Assembly (NCBI GenBank): GCA_965261595.1
Contig: CBDHDG010000005.1
Location: 864,001-928,000, forward strand
DNA length: 64,000 bases
Direction of reading: 5' to 3'
Source: a bacterium
Lineage (GTDB): Bacteria > UBA8248 > JACPRG01 > G963555815
In this document: piece by piece, positions 22,329 through 31,777 of the stretch
Layout of the letters: every line of letters starts with the position of its first letter
Position numbering within the stretch: the stretch's first letter is position 1
Made by a program: the position numbers and the translations under genes
The notes under the pieces: model-generated
The model's database searches: none
What the model was told of the DNA's origin: nothing
What the model saw: the letters and a program-made list of their open reading frames with translations, nothing else

Positions 22329-23123
22329 TTATACGAACCGGCCGACGCCGCCCGAGATTTCGAGCGTGGCGCCGGTGATGTAGCCGGCGCGTTCGGAGCA
22401 GAGGAAGGCGATGGCGGCGGCGACCTCCTCCGGTTTGCCGAACCGGCCCAGGGGCACGCCCTTTTCGCGCGCGGTCCGGTCCAGCCACGCCGACTCGGAG
22501 AGGCCCGATTCCTGTCCCCCTCCCTCATAGCGCCCGCGCCATTGGTTGCTTTCGATGAGGCCGAGGATGACGCTGTTGACGAGGATCCCCATGGGGGCGA
22601 ACTCGCGGGCCATCGACTTGGACAGGTTCAGGGCGCCGCTCCGGGCGGCGCTCGTGGCGACCATGTGCGCCTCCGGCTGGCGCGACAGGACGGCGTTCAC
22701 GTTGACGACGCGCGGCGCGGGGCTTCGCTGAAGCGCCGGCAGGAGGCGGCGCGTCATGTGGATGATCCCGAAAAACTTCTTGTCGATCTCCTCCCGCCAC
22801 GCCTCGTCGGTTGTATCGGCAAACGTGCTCACCCGCCCCCCGCCGGCGTTGTTGACCAGGATGTCCGCCGACCCGAACCTTTCCAGGATCTTTTCGACGA
22901 ACCCTTCCACTTGCTCCGGCGAAAGGACGTCGCAGGGGGAGGAGAAGAGACGCTCGCCGAAATCCGCCTCCAGCGTCTTCGCCGCCGCGGACAGACGCTC
23001 CCGGCCCCGGGCGCAGATGGCTACGCCGGCCCCCTCCTCGAGGAACGTCCGGGCGGTCGCCAGACCGATCCCCGAGCTTCCCCCGGTGACGACCGCGACT
23101 TTGTCTTCCAGTCCGAGATCCAT
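22329..23123 (-). CDS. SDR family oxidoreductase (atypical active site TSAAR)
   Basis: TGGSSGIG and NNAG present; YxxxK replaced by TSAAR. Confidence 0.9.
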   Translation of the reverse strand: MDLGLEDKVAVVTGGSSGIGLATARTFLEEGAGVAICARGRERLSAAAKTLEADFGERLFSSPCDVLSPEQVEGFVEKILERFGSADILVNNAGGGRVSTFADTTDEAWREEIDKKFFGIIHMTRRLLPALQRSPAPRVVNVNAVLSRQPEAHMVATSAARSGALNLSKSMAREFAPMGILVNSVILGLIESNQWRGRYEGGGQESGLSESAWLDRTAREKGVPLGRFGKPEEVAAAIAFLCSERAGYITGATLEISGGVGRFV

Positions 23124-23156
23124 CTTTCTCTCGCTCCGCGCGCCTGCATGGACGTG

Positions 23157-24005
23157 CTAGGCGCGTTGTTGCTCCGCCTTGGAGAGATCGGCCGACGCAA
23201 GGAAGGCGAGGATCTCCCCGTTGTAGGCCGCCGGCTTCTCCTGATGGCCGGCATGGCCGGCGTCCGGAATCAACTTCAACCGCCCGTCGGGCAGGAGATC
23301 GAGGATCGCCCGGGACTCCGCGACGGGCGTGATTTTGTCCTCTTCTCCGCACAAAACGAGGGTGGGCGCGTGGACGCGCCGGAGCGCCTTCGTGACGTCG
23401 GTGCCGGAGAGCATGACGGCGGCCTGCCGATAACCCTCGGGCCGGACCTCGGCCATGACCGCTTCGATCCGCCCCACGAGATCGGCCGAAGCCTTTGCGG
23501 AGACAAGGCGGGGCGCGCGGGCCCGGGCCATCCCCGCCGGTCCCAGCTCATCAAGTGCCCGGAGCCGGTCCTTCAGACGGGCCTCGCGTTCTTCATCGGG
23601 GTGGACGCCCCCGCCGCGCGTGCTGTCCGCCAGGACCAATCCACGGACCCTCGAAGAATGCCGGGCCGCGAAGATGGCGGCGATGGCCCCGCCCATCGAG
23701 TGTCCGACGACGTGCGCCGAACCGATCTCCAGTTCCCCGAAAAGCCCCGCGAGGGCGTCGGCATAGTCCTCGACGCGCGGGGGGGGCAGGGAGTCTCCTG
23801 TGCTCAATATCGAGGACCCGCCGTATCCCGGCGCGTCCCAGGCGATGACGCGATAAGCGGGGGAGAGGCCCTCGAACTGGCGGTCCCACGTCAGGGAGCT
23901 GGAGCCGATTCCGTGAAGCAGGACGATGGGCGCGCCCCGGCCGGCTTCCCGATAGGCCAGTGTGAGGTCTCCATATTCGACGAACCGGCTCGGGGGTGGA
24001 TGCAT
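23157..24005 (-). CDS. Alpha/beta-fold hydrolase (enol-lactone hydrolase-like)
   Basis: LLHGIG, DAPGYG, GHSMGG nucleophile elbow, GEED and AGH. Confidence 0.92.
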   Translation of the reverse strand: MHPPPSRFVEYGDLTLAYREAGRGAPIVLLHGIGSSSLTWDRQFEGLSPAYRVIAWDAPGYGGSSILSTGDSLPPPRVEDYADALAGLFGELEIGSAHVVGHSMGGAIAAIFAARHSSRVRGLVLADSTRGGGVHPDEEREARLKDRLRALDELGPAGMARARAPRLVSAKASADLVGRIEAVMAEVRPEGYRQAAVMLSGTDVTKALRRVHAPTLVLCGEEDKITPVAESRAILDLLPDGRLKLIPDAGHAGHQEKPAAYNGEILAFLASADLSKAEQQRA

Positions 24006-24028
24006 GAATGACCATTTGGAAGCGGGGC

Positions 24029-24826
24029 TCAGTGCAGGACAAAGCCCCCGTTTACGGCAAGGAGCTGGCCGGTGATGAAATCCGCCCCATCCGAGAGGAG
24101 GAAAACGGCCGCGCCGGTCACGTCCTCCGGAAACTGCTCCCGGCGGAGGGCCCGGCCCTGAACGTACATCTCGTGGCGGGAGGCAGCCACGGTCTCCGTG
24201 GCCTCGACCCGGGTCAACCCCGGCGCGATCGCGTTCACCGCAATGTTGTCCTCTCCCAGCTCCCGGGCCAAGGCGCGGGTCATCGCGATGAGGGCGGCCT
24301 TGCCGCTCACATAGTGCAGCAGGACGGGGGCGCCCCAAAGGGCGGTGTCCGACGCTACGTTCACAATCTTTCCGCGCGGCGCTTGGCGCAGGAAGGGGAG
24401 GACCGCCTTGCAGGCGAGCCAAGGTCCGCGGACGTTGACGCGCATCACGCGGTCCCATTCCTCGACCGGGATGTCCTCGAACCCCTTGCCCCCGATGCCG
24501 GACGCGATGGCGGCGTTGTTGACGAGGCCGTCGATCCTTCCCCAACGGCTGGCGGCCTCCTCGGCCATCCGGCGGACGGAGGACCAGTCGGCCACGTCGG
24601 TCCGGATGAACCAGGCTTCGTTCCCCGCGGCCTGTAGGTCGTCGGTGGCCCGTTCGCCCCATGCTTCGACGAGTTCCGCCACAACAACCCGCGCCCCGGC
24701 GCGGCAGGCGGCCTCGGCGAACGCGCGCCCGAGGCCGCGGCCGGCCCCGGTGACGATCACGACTTTCCCCTCGAGCGATGGGGCGGGGGGCCGGCTGGGC
24801 GGAGGGGGGGGAGCGTTGGAAGAAAT
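24029..24826 (-). CDS. SDR family oxidoreductase
   Basis: LEGKVVIVTGAGRGLG, NNAA, YVSGK; start unclear (in-frame ATT 24826 behind GAGGT, or GTG 24760). Confidence 0.88.
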   Translation of the reverse strand: MSSNAPPPPPSRPPAPSLEGKVVIVTGAGRGLGRAFAEAACRAGARVVVAELVEAWGERATDDLQAAGNEAWFIRTDVADWSSVRRMAEEAASRWGRIDGLVNNAAIASGIGGKGFEDIPVEEWDRVMRVNVRGPWLACKAVLPFLRQAPRGKIVNVASDTALWGAPVLLHYVSGKAALIAMTRALARELGEDNIAVNAIAPGLTRVEATETVAASRHEMYVQGRALRREQFPEDVTGAAVFLLSDGADFITGQLLAVNGGFVLH

Positions 24827-24850
24827 GGTTCGGACCTCGCGGCCGGTTTG

Positions 24851-26026
24851 TCAGCCCACGGCCGCCGGAAACTCGGTGCGGAAGTGGGGTATCACTTCCT
24901 TGGCGAAGATCTCGAGATTTTTCAGCGTGAGATCCGCGGGGAGGCTCCCGAAGTTCAGCGTCGCCACGATAAAACCGATGCCCGAATCCTTTTCGTACGC
25001 CTTCAGGCGGTCCCGAATGGTCGCCGCGCTTCCCACCATGATCATCGCCTTTTCGTTCATTTCGCGCAGGTTGTGCGGTTTTTTAACAGCCTTGTTTCCG
25101 TGGCCGAGTCCGCCGGAATCGTCTTTTTTGACCCGCGCCATAGACCGCGCAGTGATGTAGCCCGGGGGGAAGAACTGTTGGATGGGCCGCTTGAGAAGTT
25201 TGTTGAAGAAATAGTTGAGGTGGGCCTCGGCCTCCTCCCACGCGCGCTCATCCGTTTCGGCCACGTAGATGGGGATGTTCCAGCCCAACTGGTCCGGCGC
25301 CGCTTCGTAACAGTTTTTCCGGGCCTGTTCTTTGTACTCATCCAGGACGCGTTTCACCTGTGAGTAGGGCGAGAAGACGTGCATGTAGGGATATCGCCGC
25401 TCGGCGGAGAAGATGACCGTCTCGATGCTTCCTTGCCCCGGCATCCACACGGGCGGATGCGGCTTTTGGAGGGGCCGGGGCCAGGGGTTGACGTAACGGA
25501 AGTTGTAATGTTTTCCCTCGAAAGAGAAGGGGCCCGCTTCCGTCCAGGCGCGGATGATCAGGTCGTGGACCTCGAAGAACCTTTCCCGGGACGTTGTGGG
25601 GTCCATGCTGAAGGCGGTGTATTCATCCCCCACCCCCCGGACAAAGCCCGAGATGATGCGTCCGCCGGAGATCACGTCCAGCATGGCCACTTCCTCGGCC
25701 ACCCGGAGGGGGTGATTCCGGAGGGGGAGGGCGTTGCCCAGGATGGCGATTTTGATGTGGCTTGTCCGCCGGGCCAGCGAGGCGGCCATGAGGTTGGGCG
25801 CGGGCATCAGGCCGTAGCAGGTCTGATGATGCTCGTTGACGCAAATGCCGTCATACCCCAACGTCTCGGCGTGCTCGAGGTGATCGAGGTATTGGTTGTA
25901 GAGGGTGTGGCCCGCCTCCGGATCGAAATGCTTGTTGGGGATTCTGGCCCAGGAAGTTCCATAGGTGTCCAGGTAATCGTCCGGCATGTTCGGGTAGGGC
26001 ATCAGATGGAAGAAGTAGAATTTCAA
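24851..26026 (-). CDS. LLM-class (luciferase-like) flavin-dependent monooxygenase
   Basis: GYDGICVNEHH, HPLRVAEEVAMLDVISGGR and PRPLQKPHPP motifs. Confidence 0.93.
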   Translation of the reverse strand: MKFYFFHLMPYPNMPDDYLDTYGTSWARIPNKHFDPEAGHTLYNQYLDHLEHAETLGYDGICVNEHHQTCYGLMPAPNLMAASLARRTSHIKIAILGNALPLRNHPLRVAEEVAMLDVISGGRIISGFVRGVGDEYTAFSMDPTTSRERFFEVHDLIIRAWTEAGPFSFEGKHYNFRYVNPWPRPLQKPHPPVWMPGQGSIETVIFSAERRYPYMHVFSPYSQVKRVLDEYKEQARKNCYEAAPDQLGWNIPIYVAETDERAWEEAEAHLNYFFNKLLKRPIQQFFPPGYITARSMARVKKDDSGGLGHGNKAVKKPHNLREMNEKAMIMVGSAATIRDRLKAYEKDSGIGFIVATLNFGSLPADLTLKNLEIFAKEVIPHFRTEFPAAVG

Positions 26027-26165
26027 TTACGCCTCTCGTGAAGTGGAGTTCTGAAGTCCGTCATGTCCTTCGGCGCGCTCGGTCGAGAAGGACCCTGTTG
26101 GGTCAAGACCCGGCGGGTCAAGGCTCCGCGGGTCCGAACCATGGGGTCTTTTTCGCGCCCTCCGG

Positions 26166-27191
26166 TCAGGACGCCCCGTTCTCGGTGTAGCGGCGGACCT
26201 CTTTCGTCATCAGCCGCCGCATCTGGATCACGCCGACGTCCGATTCACAGAGACGCTCGTGGTGCCGGGCCGCCTGCTCGATGGCCTCGAGGGCCACGCG
26301 GTCCTGTTCAAGGACCGTCCAGTGCTTGGCCTCCAGCCGCGTCTTGTACAGGGCGCGCCAGAGCCGCTTGCGCCAACCGGTGATCTTTCGGCCCCGGAAA
26401 AAGTACGCCTGCGTGCAGTTCCGATCGACCGGGGTGATGAAGCAGACCACGCGCATCACCCCGCCGGGTCCCGCGCTCCTCGGCAACGGGATGTCGAGGC
26501 GAAACCAATGGATCCCGGTGTGGCGATATTCCGACCAGTCGAAGTTGACCCCCTTCTGTCCCTCCCGTTCTACCCGGAAGCCGTTATCGAAGTCGATCAC
26601 GCGCATCGAGTCGCCCTTGGCGCCGAACCGAAGGGTGTAGGACTTGGCGTGCAGGAAGGGGCCGTGCATCGGGTCGACCAGGTTGTCGACGATGTAGAGC
26701 CAGTTGATATTCCATTTCGCCCGGGCGATGAACCAAGTCCACGCGGGGTCGGTCACCTCTTCGGCCAGCGTCAGCGGCGGAGCCGGATAACGCTCCTCGT
26801 CTCCGAAGTAGGCCCACAACATCCCGCAACGCTCTTCCAGGCGGTACCCTTGTATTTTCAGGTTTCCGATGAGGGCGCTCTTGATGGAGGCCGGGACCTC
26901 ACGGCAGACGCCGTCTCCATCGTACTGGATTCCGTGATACCAGCAGGCGAGGTTTCCGTCCACCACGTCTCCCTGGGACAGGGCGGAGCCCCGGTGGGGG
27001 CAGAAGTCCGGGAAGAGATGGGCCGTGCCGGAGCGATCCCGCCACAGGACAAGATCCTTTTCCAGGCGGCGGACGCTGACGGGTTTTTCTTTCAGTTCGT
27101 CCGAAGGCAGGATCGCGTGCCAGCAATTGGGCATGCCATCCACGAGGGCTTCATCGAACATGGAGCTTTGTTTCGCTGTCTTCGTCTCCAT
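26166..27191 (-). CDS. Rieske non-heme iron oxygenase alpha subunit (VanA-like)
   Basis: CPHRG...CWYHG Rieske motif, DNLVDPMHGPFLH mononuclear-iron motif, EQD; RBS AGGAG. Confidence 0.93.
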   Translation of the reverse strand: METKTAKQSSMFDEALVDGMPNCWHAILPSDELKEKPVSVRRLEKDLVLWRDRSGTAHLFPDFCPHRGSALSQGDVVDGNLACWYHGIQYDGDGVCREVPASIKSALIGNLKIQGYRLEERCGMLWAYFGDEERYPAPPLTLAEEVTDPAWTWFIARAKWNINWLYIVDNLVDPMHGPFLHAKSYTLRFGAKGDSMRVIDFDNGFRVEREGQKGVNFDWSEYRHTGIHWFRLDIPLPRSAGPGGVMRVVCFITPVDRNCTQAYFFRGRKITGWRKRLWRALYKTRLEAKHWTVLEQDRVALEAIEQAARHHERLCESDVGVIQMRRLMTKEVRRYTENGAS

Positions 27192-27247
27192 CGCCGGTCT
27201 CCTGGCGCGCCGATGCGCGCAAATTTCCGGGGTCGGAGGGTCGCCGA

Positions 27248-27748
27248 CTATTTCCTGCGCAGCTTCTCCAACGGGTGATCGGGCGGGTAGGTGGGGGTCT
27301 GCGGCTTGGACGCCCCCAGCATGACGCACATGAGCGCCTCCTCGTCGGTGTTGTTGAGGATTCCACGGTGCACCCCCGGGGGAACGGAAATCAAGTCGCG
27401 GACGTTGAGGATCCTCTCGGCCCGTTCACCATCCCGTTCAACGTACACCGTCACCTCCCCTTTGAGGATGAAGAAAACCTCTTCCACGTCGGAATGCAGA
27501 TGTGAGGGGCCCTCGCACCGGGGGGGAAGAACCATGGTGCTGAAGGTGAAGTGATCGGCCGGGACGACGTTGGAGTCGCTTGCCACGCCCGTGCCGCCGG
27601 TTCCGATGTAGCGAATCTGGCCGCGGCGGTATTTTTGATCGTAGTCCGCCTGGAACTTCAAGGCGTCAAAGTCCGGCTCGCGGTCGGCCAGGCGGGCGAT
27701 CTGCCGGTCCATCATCTCGTCAAGGCTCAGGTTTTCGGTCTCCGACAT
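27248..27748 (-). CDS. Cupin domain protein
   Basis: HLHSDVEEVF and VPPGVHR cupin motifs. Confidence 0.88.
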   Translation of the reverse strand: MSETENLSLDEMMDRQIARLADREPDFDALKFQADYDQKYRRGQIRYIGTGGTGVASDSNVVPADHFTFSTMVLPPRCEGPSHLHSDVEEVFFILKGEVTVYVERDGERAERILNVRDLISVPPGVHRGILNNTDEEALMCVMLGASKPQTPTYPPDHPLEKLRRK

Positions 27749-27861
27749 CGAAGGCTCCTTTGGTCAGGTTCTCGGGTGCTGCTCCCGGATCATCGACCGG
27801 TGCGGGCCGGATGTCGGGATCGTCTCCGGTTTCCCGTCCTCCCCCCCCGCCACCCCTTCGC

Positions 27862-28152
27862 TCAGGCGTATTCCGGAACGACCCGCACGGGAACGAAAGG
27901 TCCCTCGGCCAGGGCGGCCATCAGCCACGATTCGAATCGGTGCTGGGCGGCCAATGTCTCCTCCACATCGGCGTCTACGTCGATCCGGATCCGAATATAG
28001 GCCCGGTTCGAATCCTTCGGGTGTCGCACCAGAGAGAATTCCACGTCGCGGAACCCGGGAAATACCTCGGACGCCTTGTCCCGGGCCTGATCCAGCGTCT
28101 TCTGACAACCCCGGTCCGCTGAGAATCGTTGAACGTCGCCGGGAAGGGTCAT
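27862..28152 (-). CDS. Hypothetical protein (96 aa)
   Basis: ATG ORF with globular alpha/beta-like composition, unlike the Arg/Pro-rich shadow ORFs; no family recognised. Confidence 0.55.
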   Translation of the reverse strand: MTLPGDVQRFSADRGCQKTLDQARDKASEVFPGFRDVEFSLVRHPKDSNRAYIRIRIDVDADVEETLAAQHRFESWLMAALAEGPFVPVRVVPEYA

Positions 28153-28505
28153 GGGTCAATTGGACGTCCGTCGAGCTTCTTGAGCCCCCCCCCCCCCGCG
28201 CTTAACCCGCCTCGATGCGTGACGGATTGAACAACAGAACGGCCCCGCAATCCGCCTCCTTCTCCAAGCCGCGGGTTTGAGGGTTTCGGGTCCGCCAGCG
28301 CTGAACGGCGGACCCGTCGAGGCGGTTGACAACCAAGCTGCATCGTACTTCAGGGCCAACCCGATTGCAATCGTTTCGGGCTGTGGGTTTGGCCTGTGGC
28401 GCGCGCTTTTTCTTGGGTCGACGGCGCCTCTCGTCGCCCGATTTCCCCGCTTCTTTCCATCCACCAACACCCGATTCCGCCTATTGCATTGGTCGGCAAG
28501 GGGCG

Positions 28506-29834
28506 TCAGGGCTTCGTTCCGACGGCGCAGTGATGCGGCGCGGCATAGAGAAAGGTTCCGTCGGCCTCCGCCCGGGCGAGGGCGGCCCGCCACGAGATCG
28601 CTTCCTCCCGGTCGAGAGCGGGGAGGATCCGGTCATCCAGCACCCGGGCCCAGTACGGTCCGCTGAAGGCCGCCGACTGGGGGAGGCTTTTCACCTCCCG
28701 CAAGCCCGCATCGCGAAACCGCCGGTAGAGGCTCGCGTCGGCGCAACCCCGCTTCTCCACAGGTCCCCGCGGAGCCTGCACCTTCGCTCTCAAATCCCCT
28801 TCGAGCGGAACGTTCGCCCACCACGGCATGTCCACGGCCCGGACAATCACGCCGATCCTTCCCCCCGGTTTGGTTACGCGGATCAGCTCGCCGAGCATCC
28901 GGTCCGCGTCGAGCTCTTCCATGACCGTGAGCGAAAGCGTCACGTCGAAGCGGCCATCGGGAAACGCCAGGTCTTCCGCGCTGCCTTCGCGGAACTCGAT
29001 GACCTCGCCCAGTCCCTCCTTTCCGGCCAGGTCCGCCGCGTCGCGCAGGAGGTGGCGGCTCAGGTCCACGGCGACGATCCGGTTCGCCCCGCCGGTCCTT
29101 CGGGCCAGCCAGCGGTCCATCACGCCGGTTCCGCACCCCACGTCCAGAACCGTTTCCCCTTCACGCAGACGAATCTCCTCCAGGAGGTTTCGGACCATCC
29201 CCAGGTACCCGGCCGAGCGGCCGCGCGTCTCCAGGAGCGCGGTGAAGCCCAGGGCGGCGCCGCCCAGCGTGATGGTGCAGAATCGCTCGCTCAGGCGGGA
29301 GATAACAGGCGCCCACTGAGAGGGGGCGAGCATCAGCGGAAGCAGGACCAGAGGGGGCCCGGCGCCGCGAACGCGGTAGGAGATGCCGGCAACTTCTCCA
29401 TCATCGTCCCCCGAGATCGTGGGCGTCCCTTTGTCTTCGGTCGAGGGGGTCCATCCCTTCAGGAACGCCTCCATCGCGGCGGCCGATTCCTCCCCCCGGT
29501 CGGTGAAGATGTCGGCCCAGGCGGGACTGAAATATCCGTTCAGCTTTTTCAGCGCGGCGCCCGGCAGACCCTCCACGGTGCGCAACAGGCCTTCCATCGG
29601 CGCGCCCTGATCGCCTGTAATTACCAGGAGTCTTGAAGAGAACGGGCGAATCGCCTCCGGGTCGATGCCCGGCGGGCAGATGAGGGTCAGGGAGGCGATG
29701 CGATCGGGATGCGCGCCCGCGAAGCCGCTCCAGTCCAGCGCCGAGCGGGCGGCGAAGTGGGCCCGGTCGATATCGAGACGCCGGAGGACTTGAAGGAGGC
29801 GTTCCTCGACGGGTGGCTCGGTTTCGGAGGTCAT
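28506..29834 (-). CDS. Class I SAM-dependent methyltransferase with N-terminal permuted alpha/beta-hydrolase-like region
   Basis: VLDVGCGTG, VAVDLS, EGSAEDLAFPDGRFD and RVTKPGG in the C-terminal half. Confidence 0.85.
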   Translation of the reverse strand: MTSETEPPVEERLLQVLRRLDIDRAHFAARSALDWSGFAGAHPDRIASLTLICPPGIDPEAIRPFSSRLLVITGDQGAPMEGLLRTVEGLPGAALKKLNGYFSPAWADIFTDRGEESAAAMEAFLKGWTPSTEDKGTPTISGDDDGEVAGISYRVRGAGPPLVLLPLMLAPSQWAPVISRLSERFCTITLGGAALGFTALLETRGRSAGYLGMVRNLLEEIRLREGETVLDVGCGTGVMDRWLARRTGGANRIVAVDLSRHLLRDAADLAGKEGLGEVIEFREGSAEDLAFPDGRFDVTLSLTVMEELDADRMLGELIRVTKPGGRIGVIVRAVDMPWWANVPLEGDLRAKVQAPRGPVEKRGCADASLYRRFRDAGLREVKSLPQSAAFSGPYWARVLDDRILPALDREEAISWRAALARAEADGTFLYAAPHHCAVGTKP

Positions 29835-29876
29835 GATCGGGTCACTCCAACTTCGTGCGGTGTTTTGTCAGTGGCG

Positions 29877-30731
29877 TTACATTTCAGACCGAAATTGTCG
29901 CTCAAGGCCGGGCAAGATGTCCGGCCTACCCGTCGGTGGAAGCAAGGGTTTCCTAAATAAGGCAGGGCGGGCATCCTGCCCGCCTTCAACCTCTCTCTGG
30001 GACATCCCCACGCGTCCCAGGACGGGGAGTTTCAGGGCCGGCGGGTTGAAATCCACGCCGAAGGTCAGGCCGATCAGGTTGACCTCTATCCCTTCCTCGA
30101 TTCCGATGGTCAGGCCGAGCAGACCCTTCAGCGACAACTGAAAGCCGGTTCCGCTGGGGGAGATCGCCGCGAGCCCGCCGTTCAGCAGGAAGTCCTTCCC
30201 GATGGCGGTGGGCGGCAGCTCGGCCTTGAGCTCGGACACCCGGCGGATGACGTAGGCCGTGAACGTGTTGCTGTTGGGGCCGGGCCAGACTTGATAGTTG
30301 TGGGGATATCCATTCGCGGCTTCCCGGATTTTGGGGATCGCCGCTTCGGCCGAGTCCCCGCGCAGGGCGTAGACGATCTCCGGCGCGGCGCTGTGCCAGC
30401 GCCGGTCGGGGCGCAACACCCGGGAGACCCTCAACGGATGCGCTTCGGGGTAGGGCCACCAGCCCAAAACTTGGAGGACGGTGTATCGCTTGGCGTTTCG
30501 GGGCTTGAGCGCGATCCAGGTGTGGACCGCGAAGATCCCCCGCCAGCCGTAGGCCCGTGCGGCGTAGATCTGAACGAGCGCCTCGGCGGTCTTTCGGGGG
30601 TCCGGGGCGATGCCAATGCTGTCGTTGCACATGAAACATCGATTCTTCCCAAGCCGCACCTGACCGCAGGCCGAGAGACCCAGGATTCCGATCAGCCACA
30701 GGACCGCAACGAACCGATTCGAAGGCCGCAT
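29877..30731 (-). CDS. DUF3750 domain protein, possible lipoprotein
   Basis: AARAYGWRGIFAVHTWI, YQVWPGPNSNTF, LPPTAIGKDF; LSAC lipobox-like motif. Confidence 0.8.
   Translation of the reverse strand: MRPSNRFVAVLWLIGILGLSACGQVRLGKNRCFMCNDSIGIAPDPRKTAEALVQIYAARAYGWRGIFAVHTWIALKPRNAKRYTVLQVLGWWPYPEAHPLRVSRVLRPDRRWHSAAPEIVYALRGDSAEAAIPKIREAANGYPHNYQVWPGPNSNTFTAYVIRRVSELKAELPPTAIGKDFLLNGGLAAISPSGTGFQLSLKGLLGLTIGIEEGIEVNLIGLTFGVDFNPPALKLPVLGRVGMSQREVEGGQDARPALFRKPLLPPTGRPDILPGLERQFRSEM
29906..29984. repeat. Pair of REP-like palindromes
   Basis: GGTAGGCCGGACATCTTGCCCGGCC (minus, 29906-29930) and GGCAGGGCGGGCATCCTGCCCGCC (plus, 29961-29984). Confidence 0.65.
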
Positions 30732-30901
30732 CCACTCCTTTCCCCTTCCCTCCCGCTTGAGAATCTTCCTCTTTTACCGTACCCGGAATCCTTGAAATTT
30801 CAAGGGGCATCGAGAACCTTTGGTGGCTGCATGGTCCCAATCACGGGCTTCCCTTTGGATGGTCCCTATGTATGCTAACCTCTCGGGGTTCAATCTTCAT
30901 T

Positions 30902-30979
30902 CGCGAGAGCCAACGGAAAGGATGTCGCGCGAGAGCCAACGGAAAGGATGTCGCGCGAGAGCCAACGGAAAGGATGTCG
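30902..30979 (+). repeat. Perfect tandem repeat, 3 x 26 bp
   Basis: CGCGAGAGCCAACGGAAAGGATGTCG at 30902, 30928 and 30954. Confidence 0.95.
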
Positions 30980-30981
30980 GG

Positions 30982-31746
30982 ATGCGTTTGGCTGACCAGG
31001 TTGCCGTGATCACCGGGGCGGGCCGCGGGCTGGGAGAACAGGTGGCCCGGGCGTTTTGCCGGGAGGGAGCGAAGGTCGTCCTGGCCTCCGAAGCGGCCTC
31101 GGAGGTGGAAGCCGTCGCCGAGGACCTCCGGGCGCTGGGGGCGTCCGCGCTTGCGGTCTTCGCCGACGTGAGAGAAGAGGAGAGCGTCCGGTCCCTCTTC
31201 GAGCGGACCCGTGAGCATTTCGGCGAGGTGGATGTCCTGCTCAACTGCGCGGGCGTGCTGTTCTTGAAAGCTGTCGTCGAAACGGAGGCGGAGGAGTGGG
31301 ACAACCTTATCCGCATCAACCTGCGCGGAACATTCCTGTGTTCCCGGGAGGCGCTCAAGGGGATGGTCCCCCGCAAGCGCGGTCTCATCCTGAATGTGAC
31401 CTCCGGATTCGGCTACAAGGGGGGCGCCCTGGTGAGTGCCTACAGCGCCTCGAAGTTCGCGGTGGAGGGGTTCTCCCAGTCCCTGGCGGCCGAGGTCAAG
31501 GAACATGGAATCCGGGTCAACACCCTCCACCCCGGCGGGGTCGCCCGCACGGCGATGGGCCGCGCCTCGACGGCGAGGCTCTCCGCGCATCAGGCGGATC
31601 CACCTGAGGATCAGTGGCAGCCGGTGGACGCCCTCGTCGAGCCGGCCGTCTTCCTCGCCTCCGCCGAGGGGGAGGGGGCGGACGTGACCGGCCGGAGCGT
31701 CAACGCCCGGGAATGGAACGCGGAAAGACGCGGCCGCTCGGGCTGA
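30982..31746 (+). CDS. SDR family oxidoreductase
   Basis: TGAGRGLG, NCAG and YSASK motifs. Confidence 0.92.
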   Translation: MRLADQVAVITGAGRGLGEQVARAFCREGAKVVLASEAASEVEAVAEDLRALGASALAVFADVREEESVRSLFERTREHFGEVDVLLNCAGVLFLKAVVETEAEEWDNLIRINLRGTFLCSREALKGMVPRKRGLILNVTSGFGYKGGALVSAYSASKFAVEGFSQSLAAEVKEHGIRVNTLHPGGVARTAMGRASTARLSAHQADPPEDQWQPVDALVEPAVFLASAEGEGADVTGRSVNAREWNAERRGRSG

Positions 31747-31777
31747 GCGGGACGTTCAGGCGGAGGAGGCTCCAGTC

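Noticed and set aside
23157..24662. 501-aa ORF suggesting an extended hydrolase
   Set aside because: The N-terminal part is an off-frame reading of the SDR; the hydrolase begins at 24005.
30902..30979. Possible CRISPR array
   Set aside because: The repeats abut with no spacers and there are no cas genes.
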